Origin: Eubacteriales bacterium
GTDB lineage: Bacteria; Bacillota; Clostridia; Oscillospirales; CAG-272
Reading direction: 5' to 3'
DNA length: 64,000 bases
Assembly (NCBI GenBank): GCA_045661325.1
Contig: JAZRFK010000087.1
Location: forward strand, 148 to 64,147
The notes below the pieces were generated by a model, which made no database searches, was not told where the DNA came from, and worked only from the letters and a program-made list of their open reading frames with translations. Below, piece after piece: positions 9,594-20,700 of this stretch; the first letter of the stretch is position 1; every line of letters begins with the position of its first letter. The position numbers and the translations under genes were made by a program.

Positions 9594-10967
9594 ATGCCGA
9601 CTTACCAAAAGGCCGCCGTTTCTTTTTTGAACAGCCGCCTCTTTCCTGTCACGGTTGCCGTAACGGTCTTTATTTGTCACACCGTTGGCGCAGACCTCGT
9701 CGGCGCGGGCATTCTTCTTTTTCTTTCCCTACTCGGCTTTTTGTTTGCAGATGACCTGCGCTTCTTCCTTCCCGTCTCTATGGCGGTGATATGCCTTGTC
9801 AGCGTTAAAAACTCCCCGACCTTCAACCAAGGCGAAACCCCATATGACGGAAAGCTTGTTCCTATTCTTATTGCCGTTTTCGCAGGAATCTTTTGCCTCG
9901 GCCTTGTCTACTTTATTTTCCGCTTGCGGAAAAAGGCGCTTCCCCTTCGCCCCTCAAAGCAGCTGATTGCGCTTGCCGCTTTCTCTCTGGCCCTGCTCTT
10001 GAACGGCTTGTTTACCGGCGGAGAGGTTTTAAAAAACCTGCTTTTCGGCCTCACCGTTGCCCTCTCCTTTGTGGGCTTTTATCTCTTGATTTCCTTCTTC
10101 CTGCCAAGAACCCAAGAAACGCAGGAATATTTCCTCTTTTCTATGCTGACGCTGGCGCTGATGATATGCGCGCAGCTTTTGGTGGCCTATTTTACTACGG
10201 TAAAATTCAGCGATGATTTTTCGCCCATCAAGGAATCCATCGTTTTGGGCTGGGGCGCTTGGACCAATATCGGTGCTTACCTTGCGCTTCTTTTACCCGC
10301 CCCCTTCTATTTCGCCGCGACTGACGAAAAGAAGCCTGTGCTTTGGTTTATCCTTGGCTCTTTGATTTTCGGCGGCATTATCCTTTCGGGAAGCCGAGGC
10401 GCGCTTCTCTTTGGCGCTATCACCTTTTTGCTTTGCCTCATTCTGTTGTTTTTCAAGGCCAAAAACAAGCGACAGGCGCGCATTTCCATTCTTGTGCTTT
10501 GCTTTTTGGGCCTTGTTTCGCTCTTACTGCTGCGCGAGCAGCTGCTGGCCGTTTTTTCCGTTTACATCAAGCACGGCTTCAGCGACAGCGGCCGCTTTGT
10601 TCTCTGGAAGGGCGCGCTTGACGCCTTTCGGCAAGCCCCCATTTTTGGTGTCGGCTTTTATGATCTTGGCATTGAGGTTTCCTGGGTTGGAGAAACCGTT
10701 ATCTTCCCGGACACCTGCCACAACACGATTTTAGAGTTTCTGTCTGCTACGGGCATCGTGGGACTCGGCTTATATCTCTACCATCGTGTGCAAACGGTGC
10801 GCTTGTTCTTTGAAGCACGAAAAAGCGTTGCCTCCCTTTGCCTCTTGCTTTCGATGCTCGCCCTTGTGCTTTGCTCCTTCCTTGACGAGCATTTGTTCCA
10901 CATTTACCCTGCCTTCTGCTACGTCTACGCTCTCTATCTTGCCGAAACGCCGCAAAGAGAGCCTTGA
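9594..10967 (+). CDS. O-antigen ligase/Wzy-like polytopic membrane protein
   Basis: About 12 hydrophobic segments, SGSRGA, SGRFVLW, PIFGVG, HNTILE..S.TGIVG; alternative start at 9588. Confidence 0.8.
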   Translation: MPTYQKAAVSFLNSRLFPVTVAVTVFICHTVGADLVGAGILLFLSLLGFLFADDLRFFLPVSMAVICLVSVKNSPTFNQGETPYDGKLVPILIAVFAGIFCLGLVYFIFRLRKKALPLRPSKQLIALAAFSLALLLNGLFTGGEVLKNLLFGLTVALSFVGFYLLISFFLPRTQETQEYFLFSMLTLALMICAQLLVAYFTTVKFSDDFSPIKESIVLGWGAWTNIGAYLALLLPAPFYFAATDEKKPVLWFILGSLIFGGIILSGSRGALLFGAITFLLCLILLFFKAKNKRQARISILVLCFLGLVSLLLLREQLLAVFSVYIKHGFSDSGRFVLWKGALDAFRQAPIFGVGFYDLGIEVSWVGETVIFPDTCHNTILEFLSATGIVGLGLYLYHRVQTVRLFFEARKSVASLCLLLSMLALVLCSFLDEHLFHIYPAFCYVYALYLAETPQREP

Positions 10968-10982
10968 CGGAATGAATATAAC

Positions 10983-11021
10983 AAAAAAGAGAACAAGCGA
11001 AATTGCGCTTGTTCTCTTTTT
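10983..11021. terminator. Bidirectional terminator between convergent genes
   Basis: AAAAAAGAGAACAAGCG-loop-CGCTTGTTCTCTTTTT. Confidence 0.8.
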
Positions 11022-11026
11022 ATCAT

Positions 11027-12577
11027 TTAACCAATCGCGCCCCTTTTCCTTGCCAACGGACGCACGGCGCATTTGCTCGGTCTTGACACCGCGCGCGGCT
11101 TGGCGCTTTTTTCAAAAAGAAGCATACCCAACGCAAAAAGCAAAAGAAAGGCGGTGCCTCTTAATATGAGCGAGGCGGCAAAGATCCCTTCCACCATCAA
11201 AAGCCGCACAATCAAAAAGGAAGAGGCACCCACCAAAACGGGAAGAAAAACGTCCCGAAGGTGTAAAACGGGCTTTGCCAGATGCTTCATTTTCCCGAAG
11301 CTGAAAGCAAAGTTCAAGCACTCCGCTATATAAATGACATAAATATATCCATCGGCGCCAAAGCGGGAGACGAACAGAAGAACGCAAAGCACCGACACGG
11401 CGGCGTCTACAATATTCACCCCCATCGCGTATACCTGATACCCCAAGCCCTTCAAATGCGCGTCCACCACGCTATCCATATACATAATGGGAACAAGGGG
11501 CGCCAAAAGGGCAATATAGCGTGATGCCTCTGCGCTCTGATAAAAAAGCTGTCCCAAGGCATTGGCGCCGAGCAAGAGCGTAAAGGCGGCACCTATGGAA
11601 AAAAGAAGCCCCATCCGCAAGGCCTTGGTAGAAAGCAGGGAAAGCGTTTTTTCCTTGCCCTGACTGCCAAGCTCCGCACACTCCGGCACCAAAAGCCCCG
11701 AAAAAGAGGAAAGAATGGCGGCAGGAAACAATACAGTGGGGATAGCCATACTGTGAAGGGTTGCGTACGAGGAAAGCGCCTCTTCGCGCAGAAAGCCGCT
11801 GAGCCCAAGGCAAAAGGGTATGAGAAGATGCTCCACGGTAACAAGGCCTTGTCTGGCGTGTGCCGACAAGGCGCAGGGTAAGGCCGTGCCAAGCAGGGCC
11901 TTCATTTCGCCCCCTGTTTCTCCGCCTTTCATTTTATGGCGGTGCATATCCCATTTTGCCTGCACAAACAAAACGAAAAAGGAGAAAAGCTCCGCAAGCG
12001 AGGAACCACCCACCAAGGCAAGACAGGCATACGTCAGGCCCTTGGGCAAAAGAAAGGCAAGGCCAAAAACGGTTAAGGTGATGCGCGCCGCCTGCTCTAA
12101 TATCTGCGTAACGGCATTGTGCAAAACGCGGCGCACCGCTATAAAATAGCCGCTATACACGGAGGAAAGGGCGATAGGAACGAGGCTAACAGATAAAAGG
12201 CGCAAGGAGGGGGCGGCGCGCATATCGCCGAGAAAGCGAAGGGCGATAAAATTCGCCCCGAAATAGAGGCAAACGGCCGCAACCCCGCCAAACGAAACGG
12301 CATACAAAACGGCACGCTTCAAAACACGCCGTGCGCTTTCCCCTTGGCCGTTTCCCAAGGCCGCCGCCACAAGACGCGTAACGGCCAGAGAGATGCCTGA
12401 CGTGGCAAAGGTAACGGCGAAGGCATATACGCTCATTGTCAGAGACATCAGCCCCATGCCTTCTGCCCCGACCTTTCGCACGATATAGGCGTTGAAAAGC
12501 ATCGAAACGCCCCGCATTAAAAGAGAAACGGCGGCGAGCAGCGCCCCATTTCTTAAAAACTGCCCTTTTCTCGTCAT
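11027..12577 (-). CDS. MOP-superfamily flippase, SpoVB/MurJ-like
   Basis: VGAEGMGL, FATSGISLAVTRLVA, SGYF...Q..EQ..R, many TM helices; sigmaE-like promoter upstream. Confidence 0.8.
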   Translation of the reverse strand: MTRKGQFLRNGALLAAVSLLMRGVSMLFNAYIVRKVGAEGMGLMSLTMSVYAFAVTFATSGISLAVTRLVAAALGNGQGESARRVLKRAVLYAVSFGGVAAVCLYFGANFIALRFLGDMRAAPSLRLLSVSLVPIALSSVYSGYFIAVRRVLHNAVTQILEQAARITLTVFGLAFLLPKGLTYACLALVGGSSLAELFSFFVLFVQAKWDMHRHKMKGGETGGEMKALLGTALPCALSAHARQGLVTVEHLLIPFCLGLSGFLREEALSSYATLHSMAIPTVLFPAAILSSFSGLLVPECAELGSQGKEKTLSLLSTKALRMGLLFSIGAAFTLLLGANALGQLFYQSAEASRYIALLAPLVPIMYMDSVVDAHLKGLGYQVYAMGVNIVDAAVSVLCVLLFVSRFGADGYIYVIYIAECLNFAFSFGKMKHLAKPVLHLRDVFLPVLVGASSFLIVRLLMVEGIFAASLILRGTAFLLLFALGMLLFEKSAKPRAVSRPSKCAVRPLARKRGAIG

Positions 12578-12605
12578 ACCCGTCTCCTTCTTTGTTTCTT
12601 TTTCA

Positions 12606-12634
12606 AGGGTATGAAGGGGCGCTTTCTTTTATGC
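12606..12634 (-). promoter_or_regulatory. Putative sporulation sigmaE-type promoter
   Basis: GCATA-16 nt-CATACCCT resembles the sigmaE consensus (ATA...CATACA-T); spoVB is sigmaE-dependent in Bacillus subtilis. Confidence 0.5.
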
Positions 12635-12674
12635 CTTCCGAAGCGTCAAGAATTGTTTACATTCTCCTTAATAT

Positions 12675-12708
12675 AAAAAGCCCGTTGGCCTTATGGCCAA
12701 CGGGCTTT
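12675..12708 (-). terminator. Terminator after infB
   Basis: Perfect AAAGCCCGTTGGCC/GGCCAACGGGCTTT stem with a T tail. Confidence 0.8.
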
Positions 12709-12728
12709 GCTTTTTTCAGAGGGCGCAA

Positions 12729-15287
12729 TTAGCGCGCAACCTCATCCATAGAATACATTTCCAAAATATCGCCAACCTTCAAGTCATCGTAACGGGCGAT
12801 AGTCACGGCGCACTCATAGCCTGCCGCAACCTCCTTAACGGCATCCTGATAGCGATAGAGGGAGCTGAGCTTGTTGGAATACTCGCCTGCCTCCTCGGCT
12901 CTGCGGTCAAACATCACGATACCGTCACGCACCACGCGAACCAGAGACTGACGGGTAACCTTTCCGTCCAAAACATAGCAGCCCGCAACCACGGAGGAAA
13001 CACCGGGAACGTGATACAGCTTGCGGATTTCGAGGCGGCCCTGGAGATTTTCCTTGTAGATGGGGTCAAGCATACCCTTCATAGCATCCTGAATCTCATT
13101 GATGCACTCGTAAATGACGCGGTAGGTACGAATATCTACGCTGTTGCGCTCGGCAGAATCGGTTGCGCTCTTATCGGGACGCACGTTAAAGCCGACGATG
13201 ATGGCGTTAGAGGCAGTTGCCAGCATAACGTCTCCCTCGGTAATAGCACCCACGCCCGTGTGAATAACGGAAACGCGAACCTCCTCGTTGGAAAGCTTCA
13301 AAAGCGCGGCCTTAACGGCTTCAACAGAGCCTGCCACGTCTGCCTTTACGATGATATCAAGCTTCTTGGTACCCTCGGAAATCTGGGCAAACAGCTCATC
13401 CAGGTTAGCGGAGGACTTAGCGCGATTGCTCTCCTCCTTGATCTTGGCACGGCGCTGCTCGGCAAGAGAGCGCGCCATTTTTTCATCCTCAACGGCGTTG
13501 AACTCGTCACCCGCAGAGGGAACCTCTGCCAAGCCCGAGATTTTAACGGCATATCCGGGAAGAATGGTCTTTTCGTTCTTTCTCTCCGAGGTTTCCATAG
13601 AACGAACGCGACCAACGGCCGTTCCCGCAATCACGATGTCGCCGATATGCAGGGTTCCGTTCTGCACCAGAATGGTGGCGATAGGGCCTTGGCCCTTATC
13701 CAAGCTCGACTCAATAACGATACCCTTTGCGCGACGGTTGGGATTGGCGCGAAGCTCCTTCACCTCGGCAACCAGAAGAACGCTCTCCAAAAGGTCATCA
13801 ATTCCCTGACCCGTCAAGGCAGAGACAGGAACGCAGATAACGTCACCGCCCCATTCCTCAGGAACGAGCTCATAGCTCGTCAATTCCTGCTTAATGCGGT
13901 CGGGGTCTGCCTGCGGCTTATCCATTTTGTTGATGGCAACGATAATGTCAAGACCTGCGGCCTTGGCGTGATTGATAGCCTCTACTGTCTGGGGCATAAT
14001 ACCGTCATCAGCGGCAACAACCAGAATGGCAATATCCGTTGCCATAGCACCTCTGGCACGCATAGCGGTGAACGCCTCGTGTCCGGGGGTATCCAAGAAG
14101 GTGATGTCCTTACCCTTGACGTGCGCGTTGTACGCACCGATATGCTGGGTAATACCGCCTGCCTCCTTGGCCGCCACGTGCATATGACGGATATAGTCCA
14201 AAAGGGAGGTTTTACCGTGGTCAACGTGACCCATCACGCAAACAACGGGGGGACGCTCGGTTTTATCCTCCTCGGTGTCCTCGGCCTCGTTGAACAGACG
14301 CTCCTCGATGCTGATGACAACCTCCTTGGTCACCTTGATGCCCATATCGTCACATACCAAAAACGCGGTATCAAAATCCACAACCTGATTAACCGTTGCC
14401 ATAACGCCGAGCAGCATCAGCTTCTTGATAACCTCGGCAGAGGTTTTCTTCATACGGCTGGCAAGCTCGCCAACGGTGATTTCATCGGGCACGGAAATTT
14501 CGAGCTGCTTCTTGCGGGCGCGCTCGGCTTCCATACGCTGAATGCGCTCCTTCTCGGCTCTTTCCTTTTCTCTTTGGGCCTTTTGGTTATTGCCCTGCTG
14601 CTGATTGTTGTTCTGCTTTTTGAGTTTTTGCTTGCCTGCGGATGCGTTAGCACCGTAGGAGGCGAAGCGCTCGTCTACGGAATCGTCATACTTGGACAAA
14701 TTCTCTGCGCTTGCCGTGCGCGTGTCAACCACGCGGCGACGGGGGCTTTGCACCACAACCGTCTCACCGCCGCCCATGCCGGAGCCGGGGGTCAGAGGGA
14801 TAACCTTCAAGGCCTGCTTCTGAGGCTTCTTTGCATTGGCCGCAGCTGCTGCCGCTGCCTTCGCCTCGGCCTCCGCCTTAGCCTTTGCCTCAGCCTCTGC
14901 CTTGGCCTTTGCTTCGGCCTCTGCCTTAGCCTTCGCCTCAGCCTCTGCCTTGGCCTTTGCCTCGGCCTCCGCTTTGGCCTTTGCCTCGGCCTCTGCCTTG
15001 GCCTTCGCCTCAGCCTCTGCCTTAGCCTTTGCTTCTTCCTCTTCCTTCTGGGCCTTCAATCTTTCTACCTCGGGGGAAACGAGCGTTGCTCTTCCTTCGC
15101 AGTAGTCATCCAGATTTTCAATTTGATTTTGCTGGGTTATATATTGCAAAAAGGCCTCAAACTCTGCCTCCTCCAAGGAAGCGCCGCTCTTCTTGACAAT
15201 ATTGACATCGGCCAAGAGTGTCAGAAGATCCTTGCTCTTTATATCAAAGTCCTTTTGCAGCTGTACTAATTTATACGTTTTCGGCAT
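12729..15287 (-). CDS. infB: Translation initiation factor IF-2
   Basis: [37 protein letters not shown]; alternative TTG start at 15293. Confidence 0.97.
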   Translation of the reverse strand: MPKTYKLVQLQKDFDIKSKDLLTLLADVNIVKKSGASLEEAEFEAFLQYITQQNQIENLDDYCEGRATLVSPEVERLKAQKEEEEAKAKAEAEAKAKAEAEAKAKAEAEAKAKAEAEAKAKAEAEAKAKAEAEAKAKAEAEAKAAAAAAANAKKPQKQALKVIPLTPGSGMGGGETVVVQSPRRRVVDTRTASAENLSKYDDSVDERFASYGANASAGKQKLKKQNNNQQQGNNQKAQREKERAEKERIQRMEAERARKKQLEISVPDEITVGELASRMKKTSAEVIKKLMLLGVMATVNQVVDFDTAFLVCDDMGIKVTKEVVISIEERLFNEAEDTEEDKTERPPVVCVMGHVDHGKTSLLDYIRHMHVAAKEAGGITQHIGAYNAHVKGKDITFLDTPGHEAFTAMRARGAMATDIAILVVAADDGIMPQTVEAINHAKAAGLDIIVAINKMDKPQADPDRIKQELTSYELVPEEWGGDVICVPVSALTGQGIDDLLESVLLVAEVKELRANPNRRAKGIVIESSLDKGQGPIATILVQNGTLHIGDIVIAGTAVGRVRSMETSERKNEKTILPGYAVKISGLAEVPSAGDEFNAVEDEKMARSLAEQRRAKIKEESNRAKSSANLDELFAQISEGTKKLDIIVKADVAGSVEAVKAALLKLSNEEVRVSVIHTGVGAITEGDVMLATASNAIIVGFNVRPDKSATDSAERNSVDIRTYRVIYECINEIQDAMKGMLDPIYKENLQGRLEIRKLYHVPGVSSVVAGCYVLDGKVTRQSLVRVVRDGIVMFDRRAEEAGEYSNKLSSLYRYQDAVKEVAAGYECAVTIARYDDLKVGDILEMYSMDEVAR
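14865..15032 (-). repeat. In-frame 24-bp tandem repeat in infB, (AKAKAEAE)x7
   Basis: Seven peptide-identical units with synonymous codon variation. Confidence 0.9.
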
Positions 15288-15289
15288 AC

Positions 15290-15667
15290 TCAATTACCTT
15301 CCCCCTCGTCCTTCGGGGGTTCCTTTCCTATGGTGTTCAATCTGACAAGCTCTTGGGCGAAATGCGCGTCCATAACCGCGACTACCGCGATGGATCCGAG
15401 TTTCCCGAGCGCGTCTGCCAGCTCATCGGCAGATGCGGGGATTTTTTCAAGGGCAACACTGTAAAAGCTGCATTTATCCGTTACCTTTTTTTCGGTTGCG
15501 GGAGAAACACCGCTTGCCAGTAAAACCAGGCTCGGTTTTTTTCTTTCACGACACGCACGGCAAACCAAATCCGTTCCCATAACGACCTTGCCCGCCTTTT
15601 TGGCTAACCCTAAAAAGCGAAGCAGCTTTTCCGCCGTACTCGGTACGGTTTTTGTCTCATTATGCAT
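15290..15667 (-). CDS. L7Ae/L30e-family RNA-binding protein (YlxQ-like)
   Basis: LGLAKKAGKVVMG, LASGVS..T.KK, LADALGK; position between ylxR and infB. Confidence 0.88.
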   Translation of the reverse strand: MHNETKTVPSTAEKLLRFLGLAKKAGKVVMGTDLVCRACRERKKPSLVLLASGVSPATEKKVTDKCSFYSVALEKIPASADELADALGKLGSIAVVAVMDAHFAQELVRLNTIGKEPPKDEGEGN

Positions 15668-15941
15668 TCCTCAGCTTTTCCTCCAACGCCTGATAAATCT
15701 CTTTATCAACGGGAGAGGAGAAGGCCGCCTCCAAGCGATGCGCCTTTTGCGCCTTTTGCATACAAAGAGGATTTTTACATATATACGCCCCTCTGCCTGC
15801 CGCCTTTCCCGTAAAGTCCAAGGAAATCTCGCCCTCCGGCGAACGAACAACGCGAATCAGCTCTCCCTTCGGGAAATGCTCCGCGCATCCGACACAGCGC
15901 CTTTGGGGTATTTTCTTCATCGGCTTTTGTTGGTTGGCCAT
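15660..15941 (-). CDS. ylxR: YlxR (RnpM) family RNA-binding protein
   Basis: PQRRCVGC, LIRVV, GRGAYIC...C; operon position. Confidence 0.92.
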   Translation of the reverse strand: MANQQKPMKKIPQRRCVGCAEHFPKGELIRVVRSPEGEISLDFTGKAAGRGAYICKNPLCMQKAQKAHRLEAAFSSPVDKEIYQALEEKLRNA

Positions 15942-16022
15942 TTTCAAACCATTCCTTTCCTTGCGCGCGGAGCTTGCTCCGCAAGGAGCAGCTCAAACGC
16001 CGCTTAAAGCACTTGTCTATTC

Positions 16023-17048
16023 TCAGGCCTTGATATCAATTTTGCAGCCCGTCAGCTTGGCGGCAAGCTTGGCGTTCTGACCCTCTCTGCCGATGGCAAG
16101 AGAAAGCTGATCCTCCGCAACCTTGACGCGACAGCAACGCTCACCGTCATACTCAACCGAAAGAACCGTTGCAGGAGAGAGAGCCTCCTTGACATACTCG
16201 GCCTTATCCTCGGCATAACGGATAACGTCCACCTTCTCGTTTCCGAGCTCCTTCAAAACGGCACCGATACGCGCGCCGTGGTTACCGATGCAGGCACCAA
16301 CGGGATCCACGTCGGGATTGTTGGAGGCAACGGCAATCTTGCTTCTGGAACCGGGGTCACGGGAAATGCTCTTGATTTCCACCGTTCCATCCTGAATTTC
16401 GGGAACCTCCAAGGCAAAAAGGCAGGTAACGAGACCGGGATGCACACGGGAAAACAGTGCGATGGGGCCCTTGCTCTCGCCGCTGCGAACCTCGCTCAAA
16501 TACACCTTCAAGCGATCGCCAACCTGGTAAACCTCGCCGGGAATCTGCTCCTTCTGCAAAAGCACGGCCTTGCTCGTTCCCGTATCAATGACGAGGCTTC
16601 CGTCCGTTTCATCAACCTTATAAACGGTTGCCGTGATGATTTGTTCCTTCTTTTCCTCGTACTGCTTGGTAACGTGAACACGCTCTGCCTCACGGATAGC
16701 CTGAATGATAACCTGCTTACCCGCTTGTGCGGCAAGACGGCTGAATTTATCGGTCTTGATTTCAAACTCGACAACACCGCCAAGCTTATGGCGACGGGAC
16801 ATGGCGCGGGCGGCCTCCAAGGAAATCTCGGTTTCCTCATCCTCCACAACCTCTACGACCGTCTTTTGCTGATATACCTTAATATCCTTCTTGTCGGGGT
16901 TAAAGGCAACGCGAATGTTGGTTGCACCGTTGTGCTCCTTCTTGTACGCATTGACAAGGGCGGCCTCCAATTTCTCCATCATATAGGTCTTGGAGATTCC
17001 CTTCTCGCGCTCTAACAGATCTAACGCATGGAAAAGTTCGCTATTCAT
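16023..17048 (-). CDS. nusA: Transcription factor NusA
   Basis: R.AAQ..KQVI.Q, S1 domain, EVPEI, RDPGSRSKIAV, DPVGACIG..G.RI, LSLAIGREGQNAKLAAKLTG. Confidence 0.97.
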   Translation of the reverse strand: MNSELFHALDLLEREKGISKTYMMEKLEAALVNAYKKEHNGATNIRVAFNPDKKDIKVYQQKTVVEVVEDEETEISLEAARAMSRRHKLGGVVEFEIKTDKFSRLAAQAGKQVIIQAIREAERVHVTKQYEEKKEQIITATVYKVDETDGSLVIDTGTSKAVLLQKEQIPGEVYQVGDRLKVYLSEVRSGESKGPIALFSRVHPGLVTCLFALEVPEIQDGTVEIKSISRDPGSRSKIAVASNNPDVDPVGACIGNHGARIGAVLKELGNEKVDVIRYAEDKAEYVKEALSPATVLSVEYDGERCCRVKVAEDQLSLAIGREGQNAKLAAKLTGCKIDIKA

Positions 17049-17089
17049 TGTTATTTCCTTTCGGTTTGTAGTTATGTTAACTTTTTATT

Positions 17090-17560
17090 TTATTCTTCTT
17101 CAAAGTACACGAGATTCATATGGGAAATTTCTTTTCTCGGCACGAAAATTTCCTCATCCTCACTTGTTACCATTTTCAAAACGCCGTCCGTATATTCGGT
17201 TAAAACGGCAACAACGCTCTTCTTGCCGTTTTCTCTTGCGGCATAAAAGCGCACCTCGGCAACCTCACCCAGACAGGCTTCAATATGCGCGTCCGTACGG
17301 ATTTCGCGCTCGATACCGGGAGAGGAAACCTGCAAGCGATAGGAGTTTTCGATAGGGTCTGCCTCATCAAGCAGCGGGTCTATTGCGCGATGCACCCTTT
17401 CGCAATCCTCAATGCCAATGCCCTCTTCGCTATCAATGGTGATTTCCAGATAATACTCGGCGCCGATTTTGCTATACACCACATCCCAGATGCTGTATCC
17501 CAGCTCCGTGACGGTGGGGGTTATCAGCTCCTCAACCTGCTCGGCAATGCTCTTTTTCAT
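17090..17560 (-). CDS. rimP: Ribosome maturation factor RimP
   Basis: GI.IEDC, LDEADPI, YRLQVSSPGIER; start at MKKSI after AAAGGA. Confidence 0.93.
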   Translation of the reverse strand: MKKSIAEQVEELITPTVTELGYSIWDVVYSKIGAEYYLEITIDSEEGIGIEDCERVHRAIDPLLDEADPIENSYRLQVSSPGIEREIRTDAHIEACLGEVAEVRFYAARENGKKSVVAVLTEYTDGVLKMVTSEDEEIFVPRKEISHMNLVYFEEE

Positions 17561-17592
17561 TCTGTGTCCTTTCTGACAGTTTTCTTTTTCGC

Positions 17593-17628
17593 AAAGAAAA
17601 GGAAGAGTGGCGTTTTTCCACTCTTCCA
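17593..17628 (-). promoter_or_regulatory. rimP-leader-like attenuator hairpin
   Basis: GGAAGAGTGG-AAAAACG-CCACTCTTCC followed by TTTTCTTT, lying between the promoter and rimP; resembles the Firmicute rimP leader. Confidence 0.65.
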
Positions 17629-17652
17629 TCCTATCTTCTTACTATCATCCTT

Positions 17653-17680
17653 ATTATATCACATATTTTTAAAAATGCAA
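17653..17680 (-). promoter_or_regulatory. sigmaA-type promoter of the rimP-infB operon
   Basis: TTGCAT-16 nt-TATAAT with extended -10 TG. Confidence 0.6.
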
Positions 17681-17710
17681 GTGCTTTTTTCATTTTTCTC
17701 GTTTTTTTAC

Positions 17711-17748
17711 AAAAAGACGGACTGCCCGAAACGGACAGTCCGTAAAAA
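17711..17748 (-). terminator. Terminator of array gene A
   Basis: ACGGACTGTCCG-TTT-CGGGCAGTCCGT followed by CTTTTT. Confidence 0.8.
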
Positions 17749-17762
17749 GCCTTTGCTTTTGA

Positions 17763-20700
17763 TTAATATTCATTACCAATCAACCATTGCCATTCGCCCG
17801 GATGCATAGAAGCGCCTGTTTCTTCAATCTGCCTTTGCACACTGCTTGCAAAGGAAAGCTTCGTGCTTCCCGAGAAATAATAGTTGCTATATACCTGATG
17901 GCCGCGCTTTGCATAATCGCTTCCGATAACAAAGACCTCGTTTTGCTGCTTCTGCACCGTTGTGGCTCTCACGTTATAGTAATAGTTGTTATAGGAATGA
18001 ATGTTGTAGGAATATGCGCTTTGCTGGGTCTGCTTATACACCATGTGCATCGACTTATGGCGCATATACAGATAATAGTCTCTCGCGTTCGCACCTGCCG
18101 CAGCACCTCTGTCGGCGCCTTGGGAATGACGAACGCCAACGTTGTTGTAGTTCGACCAGTTGGTCGAGGAACCGTCAAAGTAGTAGCAGGCAGAAAATTC
18201 GCCGCGTCCGTTGCCCGAAAACTCACTGCAAACCACAAAGTTGTGATGAATGAAGTTGATTTGCTTGGGATTATCCGGCTTCAGATTGCCGCCGAGCATA
18301 TAGATGGCACCGCCGTCACCCAGCTCCTGCATAAAGTCGGTAACGTAGTTGTGGTGAATCTCGACGTTATAAAGATTGATTTTTTCTCCCTCTTCCCAGG
18401 TAGCCGCCGACCAGTTCCAACCGATAGACATACCCGAGTAAGAGCAGCCGATGATGGTGTTATTGGCAATCTCCACGTTTTTGCAGGAGGGCAAGTAAAT
18501 GCCAACGGAGGCAAAATTCACTCTTGCTACGTCGTGAATATAGTTTTGCTTGATAACCACGTTCTCAACGCCGCTTATATCGGAGAAGGCTCTGTTGCCG
18601 CCCCAGGGCGCGTACGATCCGCGCGCACGGATGCCCGCATCGCCAACGTTTTCAATCTCGTTACCCGAAATAACGGAGTTCTGGGTTTTTCCTTGCACGT
18701 AAATGGCCGATCCGCCAAGGTCATGGAAATAGCAGTCCTGAATAACCGTGTTATTGGTATCGTGAATGGCGATGGCCGCGCGCTCGCTGAACCAGGTCAC
18801 GCCCGTGGCAGGAACCTCCAAGCTGTTCTGACCCGCTTGGTTAGCCGCAAGGCCGATAACCGAAAGCGCGTAATCGTCAACACCCCAGATAGTCAAATCG
18901 GAGATAACGAGGTTATTGGAATTGTGGAACACAAAAAGATTATCCATGGTGGGATAGGAGATGGAAAGCGCCTCCATATCGTACTCGGTGAAGTAGTAGA
19001 GCTTACCCTTCTCTTCATCGTAATAGTACTCGCCCTCCTCGTCCACGAAGGAAAGGGCGTTCTGAATGGAGTAAAGTCTGTTCGCCATTCCGCCGCTTCC
19101 GCCAATGGCAAACTTGGTGTACTGCTCTTTATTGAGATAAACGGCAACGAGGGTTTCCACAGATTTCGTTTCGGGATTTCGATAGTAAACCACGTCATCA
19201 AAGTCGATACCGTCAACACTCATAATGTTGAAGCACCACTCTGCCGCCGCGTGCATCTCGATGCCCAAGCCCTTCAAGCAGGTCTTGTAGGAGGTGGTCG
19301 CGTCATACACCATTGCCTCGGCATTGACAAGCTCGCCTTGCTTTGCCTCCAAGACTGCCAGTGCATCTTCCATCACCGCCTTGGCGGCCAGATACGCCTT
19401 TTTGTCCGCATCGGTGGCACCGGAAGCGCTCGCCTTTTCAAGCTTTGCGTCATAATCGGCCTTGGCGGCGTTATACGCGCTCTGCTTTTCGGCCACAAGC
19501 GCCGTCAAGCGCGTAACCTCGCCCGTCCAGAAGGACTTGCTTTCCTTCAGCTCGGCAAGTCTTTCTGCGGTAATGGCAGAGAGAGACTCTATCATATCCA
19601 GCTGCACGTAGAAGCGTCCGGGGCGTGCCTCCGGATCAACAGCAGGCATTTCGTAGCTCTTGCCAAGCGCCATAAACTGATTATAGTGCCGGGTATAGGA
19701 GGCGATAAGGTCGGTTCTTTCGGGGCGGCTTGCATACTCAACCTCGGGAGAATGCTCGGCAAGCACGCCGTTATCGAAGTAGTACTTGGCCAAAAGATAA
19801 GTGCCGTCCAAGTCTCTGTCATAGCGGAACTCATAGGGGCGCTCACCCTTCGAGGTGGTTGTCGGCGTGGTGTGCGAGCGCGTTGCCATCATTCCGTCTA
19901 CATACAAATTGCGGAATTTGGGATATTCTCCGTTTTCATCGGGCGCAAACTCGTAGACGTAAAGACCCGATTTTCCTGCCACGGCCGCAAAATCAGAGGA
20001 GTCAAGGCCGACGGTGGTGGTCAGCTCGGGAATTTCATCAGACAGATAGTTGCCCTCGATGGTGTAATAGTAATAGGGATAGGTGATTTCCTCAAAATCA
20101 AACTCGACAAGCTCCGTTATCGAATGCACGCCGCCCTCAACCATAAGGCGCACGTTGGTGGGTCTGTCAAGCGCTGTCAGGACGCTATTGCAGGCCTCAA
20201 AGGCGGTGATAAAGTCGGTATACGGATGCGCCTCGCTTCCGTCACCCTCGCCCTCGGCATTCGAATCGAAATAGATGATGTGCTCGTAATAATTGTCCTC
20301 AACCATGGTGTTTACGTAATCCACCAGCTCACTGTTCAAAATGGAGCTACGTTCGGAGAGATACTTCATTACGGAGAAGAAGGAGGTATATTCTCCATAA
20401 TCCTTACCCGTGAAGCCGCCGTAGAAGACAAGGGGCTCGCCCTCCTCCGAGGTCAGCTTGACGTAGGTGACAACCTTCAGGCTTTGGTTATAGAGGTCAA
20501 TATCGGCGTCCTCATAAGACAGGGTCACGGCAAAGGTGTCCTCATCCAAGAAATACGATTTGTTCGCGCCCCTGACAGAATCAAAGGCCACAAAGCGATA
20601 ATCGTAATCTCCCGTCAGAAGAGCGGGCATATCGCCGCTGCCAACGTTAACCAGAGCGCCCATCTCCACCGAGAAGCCTGCCTGCATAATAGCGGCAATA

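Noticed and set aside
14865-15032. 24-bp periodic repeat as a possible CRISPR array
   Set aside because: No spacers, in-frame within infB, and no cas genes in the window.
12693-15269. 858-aa plus-strand ORF with (L/C/G) repeats
   Set aside because: Antisense shadow of infB; the repeat mirrors the AKAKAEAE codons.
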